Shown here in pieces: positions 58,549 to 64,000 of a stretch of DNA of 64,000 nt. The notes below the pieces were generated by a model. That model saw only the letters and a list, made by a program, of their open reading frames with translations, was not told the DNA's origin and ran no database searches. The position numbers and the translations under genes are program-made. Position 1 is the stretch's first letter, and every line of letters starts with the position of its first letter. The stretch is from an uncultured Pseudomonadota bacterium (lineage in GTDB: Bacteria; Oederibacteriota; Muellerivitia; Muellerivitales; Muellerivitaceae): positions 448,001 through 512,000 of the forward strand of contig CAVYRH010000026.1 in NCBI GenBank assembly GCA_963770835.1, read 5' to 3'.

Positions 58549-60138
58549 CTAAAAAGTATAGCTGAAATCCGCGTTAAAACGGAAACCGCTCAAATCGATT
58601 GTGAAGGGCATGCTGTTGTTGATCGTAGTTGGAGTCTCGTTAAAGGCTGAAAGCTGGTTTTGATTGTCCGGGATGTAAATGATGTAGTTTTGGCCCGCCG
58701 TAGGGTACTTGTACATGTGAAGGGAACCGTGGCCGTCAGCGTTGGAAAAATAAGCGTCATTTAAGTTCCCTTGAAAATTGGAAGCCGAAGCCCATTGGTA
58801 GCTACCAGACAGGGAAAAAAAGGAGTTGGGGCCCGTATAGAACGACAGTCCCAACTTCAGGCCGCCTTCCAGGGCCATATCGCTGTAATCCGCCGAAGTC
58901 TGGTCCGAGGACGGGGTTGCGCCCACCCCCGCATAATTATAGGCAAAATGAAGGTAGATTGGCTGCAAACCCGCGAAAGGTTCGACGTACAAGCGGACGT
59001 CCTTCGGGGAGGAGGAGGGGAGGTAAAACCTGCCTTTTAGAAGGAGCTCCAGGGTGTTGATATCCCATTCCGTGTGGATGTGATATTGGGGGATCGCCCC
59101 GGCGGTGACGTCGTACTCGACGGTTGCGGTGGGCCAATAAACGAAGGCTAGGCCCAATTCGATATTCGGGTCGATTTTCAAATAGGGGTTTAATTCCAAG
59201 GTCGGATTGACCGAGGGAAGGGCGGTTTGGAGGTTGATGCCGTCATTGGGGTAGGCCGCCTGGAGGCCCGATACAAGGTATTGGTGGAACGACAGGTCTT
59301 GTTGGAAATCGGCGAGGTTGAAAAAAGCCAAACCGGCGGAAAGCCGGAATCCGAACCTGGAGCGGCTTTCCGGGGCCGAGGCCGCCGGGATGGAGGCGAG
59401 GGTGTAGGCTTCCTGTATTTTCCAAGCCGCCAATTGGTCGTTCACCCATTTTCGGTCTTCCCGGGAAAGATCCTCCATCTTCTTGTCCGCATAGGCCTTT
59501 AATTCGGGATAGGATGCCAACCGATCCGAAATGTAGAAATGCAGGACCGTGTCCCTGGTGTCCCCCATCGCTTTTTCGCATCTCCCCAGGTAGTAATAGG
59601 CCTTTGCGCTGGAAGGGTCCTCCTGGATGGCCTTTTGGAGGAGGGACAGTGCGGTAGAGTAGTCCCCAGCCTCAAAAAAGGTGATCCCTTGTGAGAGGTG
59701 GCCCGTGGAGGCGGCCGATGCGGCTGTTGAAGCCGGTGCGGGGGACGCCGCCGGAGTCGGGGAGGCGGGGTTAGAAAAAGCGTCCAAATGTTTCTCCACC
59801 CAGTCTTGGTCCTCGGGGGAGAGCTTGTCCATCAGCTTGTCCGCATAGGCCTTCATTCCCGGGTCCGGCGACAGTTTATTGGAAATGTAATAGTTCAGCA
59901 CTTCGCCCCGCAGGTACCCAACCGTTTCCTGGCAGCTTCCCAGGTAGTAATAGGCCATGGCATTTCCGGGATCGTCCTGAATTATTTGTTGGAAGAGGGG
60001 CAGGGCGGCCCGGAAGTTATTGGCCTGGAAAAGGGAAACGGCCTGAGAATAATCGGCGCTTGGGGCCGAATAAACGGCCTGCGCCTGCAATAGTAACGCT
60101 GATAAAAACATCCAAAACCAAATCCGACCCAGCTTCAT
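58549..60138 (-). CDS. Exported protein with two duplicated TPR modules and a C-terminal outer-membrane beta-barrel
   Basis: Signal peptide; twice-repeated A...L.....DP..A.AYYYLG.C...KAYADK; amphipathic strands ending FSYTF. Confidence 0.7.
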   Translation of the reverse strand: MKLGRIWFWMFLSALLLQAQAVYSAPSADYSQAVSLFQANNFRAALPLFQQIIQDDPGNAMAYYYLGSCQETVGYLRGEVLNYYISNKLSPDPGMKAYADKLMDKLSPEDQDWVEKHLDAFSNPASPTPAASPAPASTAASAASTGHLSQGITFFEAGDYSTALSLLQKAIQEDPSSAKAYYYLGRCEKAMGDTRDTVLHFYISDRLASYPELKAYADKKMEDLSREDRKWVNDQLAAWKIQEAYTLASIPAASAPESRSRFGFRLSAGLAFFNLADFQQDLSFHQYLVSGLQAAYPNDGINLQTALPSVNPTLELNPYLKIDPNIELGLAFVYWPTATVEYDVTAGAIPQYHIHTEWDINTLELLLKGRFYLPSSSPKDVRLYVEPFAGLQPIYLHFAYNYAGVGATPSSDQTSADYSDMALEGGLKLGLSFYTGPNSFFSLSGSYQWASASNFQGNLNDAYFSNADGHGSLHMYKYPTAGQNYIIYIPDNQNQLSAFNETPTTINNSMPFTIDLSGFRFNADFSYTF

Positions 60139-60188
60139 AAAGAATCCTTTAGAATATTTTTTGAGACTGATAACCGGCCACTATCCTA

Positions 60189-61208
60189 TCATCCACCCAA
60201 TAATTCGTTCACCTTTTCCATCACCTTGAAGGCATCGGCTACGTAAAGCACGTCGGCCTTACCCTGGGCCCAGCCGCAATTCGGGTTCAAGTTGACCGCA
60301 CGGCGCTCGTTCACGAAGCGCCATCCCACGGTGTGTGGTTCCTCGCCGTGGCAGCAGGTGGAAAGTCCCTTGGCGTGCCGGGGCGTGGAACCGGTCTGGC
60401 CCACCTGGTTTAAGTGGCTCATGAAGGATAGCACTGCGCCCTCGCCGGTTTGGTCCACCACCGATTTGCTGCCGCCCAGGGACGATTGGGTTTTTTCCAG
60501 GAAGCCCAGGATCAGTTTCTCGGCCTCACCCACGTGCAGCTGGCCGTCCGTTTGCTTCTTGCACCAACCCGCTCCGGCCACCAAGAGGACTTCGGCGTCC
60601 GGGCGGATGGTTTGGGCGCCGGAAGAAGGAGATCTTTCGCCTGTGACTTTGGTTTTGGTTTCGGGAATGGTAACCTGGATCTTTTCCGCCGCCAGGGATC
60701 CCGAACCCGAAAGAGCCGGGTGGATACCGGGGTCCACGGTCATAAACCAGGGCCTTTGGGCGCGCTTCAACTGTCCCGACATGCGCTGGCGATAGAACCA
60801 GCGGGTTACCAGGGGCGCGCCGTTTTCGACACCGAGGGTTGTCAAATGGGTGTCTACCTTGCCGCCGCAACGCTGGGCCACGCCCGATATCACGCGCTGG
60901 AGGCGGGAGGTGGCGGGAGCTACCACGATCGTGGCCCCGGAAGCCTTAACAAGGGCCTCGCAGGCGGCCGCGTCCGTGGCGTAACAGGCTTGGGAAAGGG
61001 AATCCGATTCCACGGCCAAGGCCTTTTCGAAGCCAGCGCCCGCCAGCTGGCCGGAAGCCTGGGAGGCCTTCACCCCGAAAAGCCCGGCCAGCAACTTGGC
61101 GCCGCCCAGGGCCGAAGCCAGGTCCTTGGCCGCCGTGGCGGCCTCCAGGGCCGGCTTGCCCAGTTTTCCATCCGAATCGGTTGCCGCGAGCAAAAGAATC
61201 ATTTCCAT
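60189..61208 (-). CDS. etfA: Electron transfer flavoprotein alpha subunit (FixB-like)
   Basis: DAEVLLVAGAG, NQVGQTG and AD..YVADA motifs; context. Confidence 0.75.
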   Translation of the reverse strand: MEMILLLAATDSDGKLGKPALEAATAAKDLASALGGAKLLAGLFGVKASQASGQLAGAGFEKALAVESDSLSQACYATDAAACEALVKASGATIVVAPATSRLQRVISGVAQRCGGKVDTHLTTLGVENGAPLVTRWFYRQRMSGQLKRAQRPWFMTVDPGIHPALSGSGSLAAEKIQVTIPETKTKVTGERSPSSGAQTIRPDAEVLLVAGAGWCKKQTDGQLHVGEAEKLILGFLEKTQSSLGGSKSVVDQTGEGAVLSFMSHLNQVGQTGSTPRHAKGLSTCCHGEEPHTVGWRFVNERRAVNLNPNCGWAQGKADVLYVADAFKVMEKVNELLGG

Positions 61209-61292
61209 TTTCTTTTCCTTAAACGAGAAGAATTATTTAAACATTAATCTTTATCCGGCGGTGCCCCGTGTAACTCTTGGGTTAAATCGACT

Positions 61293-62102
61293 TCACTTCT
61301 TTTGGATCCAATCCACGATTTCCTTTGCCACCTGCTCGACCGGCATATCCTTGACCACTTGTGTATCCCGCTTCTGCTTGGGGAGCACCACCGATTGAAC
61401 GGAAAAACCTTCCGCCGGAAGCTTCACGGCCTTGGCCTTTTGCAGGGAAGGCATCAGCGTCCGCATGTTGGCCATGCCCACTTGGGGATTATTGGGCGGT
61501 TCGGGCCGGTTGCCCGTGGCCCAACCCAACACCGCGGGTGGGGCGGCCAAAACCGATACCTGGTGCTTGCCGCCCTCCACGCGTTCCAGGATTTCCATGG
61601 AACCATCCGCGTTGACCGCCAGGCGGTCCACGCCCTGGAATTGCTCCGCCAGTCCCAACTTTTCGCCCAGGATGGACAAAGTGGATCCCGCACCGCGGGA
61701 AGCGGATTCCCAGCCGCCGAAAAGAAGCAAGCGGAACCGGTCGAGTCCGGCGATGGACTGGACGGCCTCGGCCAGGGCCAAGGCGCATTCGGTGGCGTCG
61801 GTGAAACCGCCCACCGGGGCATCCACGGCCACCAGTTCAAAAGGCGCCTTCTGGGCCAGGGCCATCAAGACTTGTTGGAGCTTGGCCTTGGGGGCGGCCG
61901 AAACCAGCCAAACCTTGCTTCCTGGGTTGGCCTTGGCCAGCCCGTCGGCCTCATAAAGGGCGTTGGCCGCCCAAGGATCGAGAATGGAAGGCAGCATGGC
62001 CTCGTTCTTTAAGGCCCAGCCCCCGGGACCCGATACCGGCTCCAGGGTCTGTAAAGGGTCGGGCACCAGCCCGCCGCAAACGACGATGTGGAAAAAAGCC
62101 AT
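61293..62102 (-). CDS. etfB: Electron transfer flavoprotein beta subunit (FixA-like)
   Basis: HIVVC...VPDP, LDP....AL and FGG.ES...G motifs; GGAG RBS before the ATG at 62102. Confidence 0.75.
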   Translation of the reverse strand: MAFFHIVVCGGLVPDPLQTLEPVSGPGGWALKNEAMLPSILDPWAANALYEADGLAKANPGSKVWLVSAAPKAKLQQVLMALAQKAPFELVAVDAPVGGFTDATECALALAEAVQSIAGLDRFRLLLFGGWESASRGAGSTLSILGEKLGLAEQFQGVDRLAVNADGSMEILERVEGGKHQVSVLAAPPAVLGWATGNRPEPPNNPQVGMANMRTLMPSLQKAKAVKLPAEGFSVQSVVLPKQKRDTQVVKDMPVEQVAKEIVDWIQKK

Positions 62103-62201
62103 GAAAAACTCCTTCAAAAAGTTTGAACTACCAAGGGTGAATCATTGCAGCTGGCGGATGGCCCGGCTTATGGCCGACGACTAAAGATTGAAAACCGGTT
62201 T

Positions 62202-64000
62202 TTAATTTTCAGCGGAGTGCAATCCGCCCGCACCCGCCCCAAAATCCAGGTTGGACCGGCCCGTTAAGGCATCGATCAGGTGGGCGCAGTTCCAAAGGCA
62301 AGCCCCGCAATGAACGCATTTTTCCCGGTCAAAGGTGACCCCGCCATCCTCCACCACGGCCAGGGCCTGGCCCGAGCACATGTCCACGCAAAGCTTACGG
62401 TCGCAGATCTTGCAAACCTGGGGCTTTAAGACCATCACGTGGTCCGCGAAACCCGGCGTGGCCTGAACCTTGCCGCCCACCAAAAGGGCGTCCTGGTGCG
62501 AAACCAAAAGCTGGCCGTCATAGGGTACGGCGGGCCAGCCCATCTTATCCATCAGGGCGTCATGCAGGCTCCGGCCCGTGATGCGGCAGTCCTTGCGGAT
62601 TGCGTCGATCTCCCCCTCGGTCAATCTCCCGTAGTAGAAATCCGCCAAGCTGGGAACGCGTTTGTAGGGCGGCAGGGGCTTGCCCGGCCATCCCAAAAGA
62701 CCGCCAGTGACGCCGGAGAGGGCCATGCCCAGCACCCCCTGCACGGAGCCCTTCTGGAAACCGTCCCGGGCCTTCTCGGCCATTTGGCCTTCCCGGTAGA
62801 CCCAGCTTTCCCGGCGCCGCCGAACGTAGGTTTGCTCCAAACCGGTTTTGGTGAAGGGATTGTGTTCGTGTAAAAGCTGCAGCACGCCCTCGGCCAGCTG
62901 CACACCCGTTTCCCAAGCCTCGTCCACGCCGGAATTGGTCAGCACGTTGGTGGAACCGGACCCCTCGCCGATACGGGCGAATCCGTCGCCCACCAGATAG
63001 GGTTCACCCTTCAACCCCGATTCCTGCAGGGATTTGGCGCCCCAGGACCGCAGGGAGGCCCCCTTCAGGTGTTTCCAAATGGCGGGGTGGAGCATCCAAT
63101 GCTGGAGATAGCGGTAACTGGTGCGGACCGGGCTGTCAAACCAGGAGGGAACGAAAATGCCGGCGGTGGCCACGTTGCCCGGATACACGTAAAGGAATCC
63201 GAAAATCTCAGGCTCGGGATAACCCATGGTATGCAGCACCATGCCGGGTTTTAAGGAAGTGTCGGCCGGGAGATCCACCACCACCTTCATCCCCAAGGCC
63301 CACTCGTGGGTGGAATGCTCCGGTGGCATGCCGTAATGCATATCCAACTGGCGGCCCACGGGGCCCACGGGGCCGTCGCCCACCACGGTCAGAGCCGCCT
63401 TAATGTCCATGCCCGGCAGATAACCCGGCCCCGGTTCCCCCTTTTTGTCCACGCCTTGGTCGGCCAATTGGATGCCCACGACCTTTCCATCCTCAAAGAG
63501 GGCTTTCGCCACCGGCGTGCCGGGCCACAATTGCACCAGGCCGGAGGACATCAACTGCGAACCCACCCATTGGTTGAACTGGCCCAGGGAAAAAACCAGG
63601 CCGTCCTTCTTATGAAGGTAGGGGGGGACATAGGGAAGGGCAAAGGCCATATCTTTCTTAATCCCGGGAAGACGTTTCAGGACCGCGTCGGCGGCTTTCA
63701 CCAAGAAAGGCCTGCGGCTGGCGCCCACGGGATCCAAAAGATAAAGTACCTTTTCTTCCGAGACGGGGGCGCAAAAGGGAATCTGCTTGAATTCGCCGTT
63801 GGGGAAGGAAGCCTGGAGGCTCCGGGCCCGGGAAACCACGCCCGAGACGCCGTAACCCAGGTCGTCGGCGCGCTCGTAGCAGACCACTTGCAAGGGTAAG
63901 CCGGGCGAAACCCGGCTCTCAAAGGCCGGCGTACCGTCGGACTTGGTCAGGCCCCGGGTAAGGGTTGTCAGGAAGCCGCCGGTGGCGGGGCCGAAACCCA
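62202..64000 (-). CDS. ETF:quinone oxidoreductase / FixC-like flavoprotein fused to a 4Fe-4S ferredoxin domain; 5' end beyond the window
   Basis: Frame is open to the window edge (GFGPATGG); C..C....C...C and CVHCGAC ferredoxin motifs. Confidence 0.85.
   Translation of the reverse strand, partial: GFGPATGGFLTTLTRGLTKSDGTPAFESRVSPGLPLQVVCYERADDLGYGVSGVVSRARSLQASFPNGEFKQIPFCAPVSEEKVLYLLDPVGASRRPFLVKAADAVLKRLPGIKKDMAFALPYVPPYLHKKDGLVFSLGQFNQWVGSQLMSSGLVQLWPGTPVAKALFEDGKVVGIQLADQGVDKKGEPGPGYLPGMDIKAALTVVGDGPVGPVGRQLDMHYGMPPEHSTHEWALGMKVVVDLPADTSLKPGMVLHTMGYPEPEIFGFLYVYPGNVATAGIFVPSWFDSPVRTSYRYLQHWMLHPAIWKHLKGASLRSWGAKSLQESGLKGEPYLVGDGFARIGEGSGSTNVLTNSGVDEAWETGVQLAEGVLQLLHEHNPFTKTGLEQTYVRRRRESWVYREGQMAEKARDGFQKGSVQGVLGMALSGVTGGLLGWPGKPLPPYKRVPSLADFYYGRLTEGEIDAIRKDCRITGRSLHDALMDKMGWPAVPYDGQLLVSHQDALLVGGKVQATPGFADHVMVLKPQVCKICDRKLCVDMCSGQALAVVEDGGVTFDREKCVHCGACLWNCAHLIDALTGRSNLDFGAGAGGLHSAEN

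Noticed and set aside
2525..63899. Many long antisense or alternative-frame ORFs (e.g. 2525-3787, 8327-9928, 20470-22062, 25098-26624, 55160-56344)
   Set aside because: Shadow ORFs expected from high GC at third codon positions; they overlap well-supported genes and have no motifs.
60189..64000. fixABCX as evidence for nitrogen fixation
   Set aside because: No nif genes in the window; ETF and ETF-oxidoreductase clusters serve many pathways.

Overview
Bacterial chromosomal segment, mostly GC-rich coding DNA, from a diderm organism (TonB-dependent receptor, ExbBD-TonB, beta-barrel proteins) that nonetheless has a Firmicutes-style PolC and gene order (ispG-proS...polC-rimP-nusA-infB-DUF503-rbfA-DHH...truB-ribF-rpsO-pnp). 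Layout: (1) 1-10.2 kb, tandem array of four secreted glycoside hydrolases (three GH51/GH79-like, one GH44) with Pro/Thr linkers and a shared T9SS-CTD-like C-terminal domain; (2) 10.7-28.9 kb, housekeeping genes plus GT4, two DUF1207-like paralogues, a frameshifted membrane protein and a PolC lacking the exonuclease insert; (3) 29-44 kb, a ~15 kb accessory block between the DHH gene and truB (CusRS-like two-component system, CusR-type palindrome, TonB import system, HEAT protein, Gly-rich lipoprotein, phosphoesterase, beta-propeller, COG4705, small membrane protein); (4) 44-48.8 kb, truB-ribF-rpsO-pnp; (5) 48.9-51.5 kb, the best novelty candidate: a Zn-ribbon/TPR sigma54 activator followed by two enhancer-like palindromes, a consensus -24/-12 promoter and a ~90-nt ORF-less RNA with an exposed anti-Shine-Dalgarno motif; (6) 51.6-64 kb, wecA-like, FAD oxidoreductase, cNMP protein, TPR, ispE, hydrolase, TPR-barrel and an ETF/FixABCX-like cluster. 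Many intergenic REP/MITE-like palindromes occur. Several single-base frameshifts, including one in essential infB, suggest indel errors in the consensus. No tRNA, rRNA, CRISPR array, integrase or transposase was recognised. All family assignments come from motif recognition by eye, not database searches.
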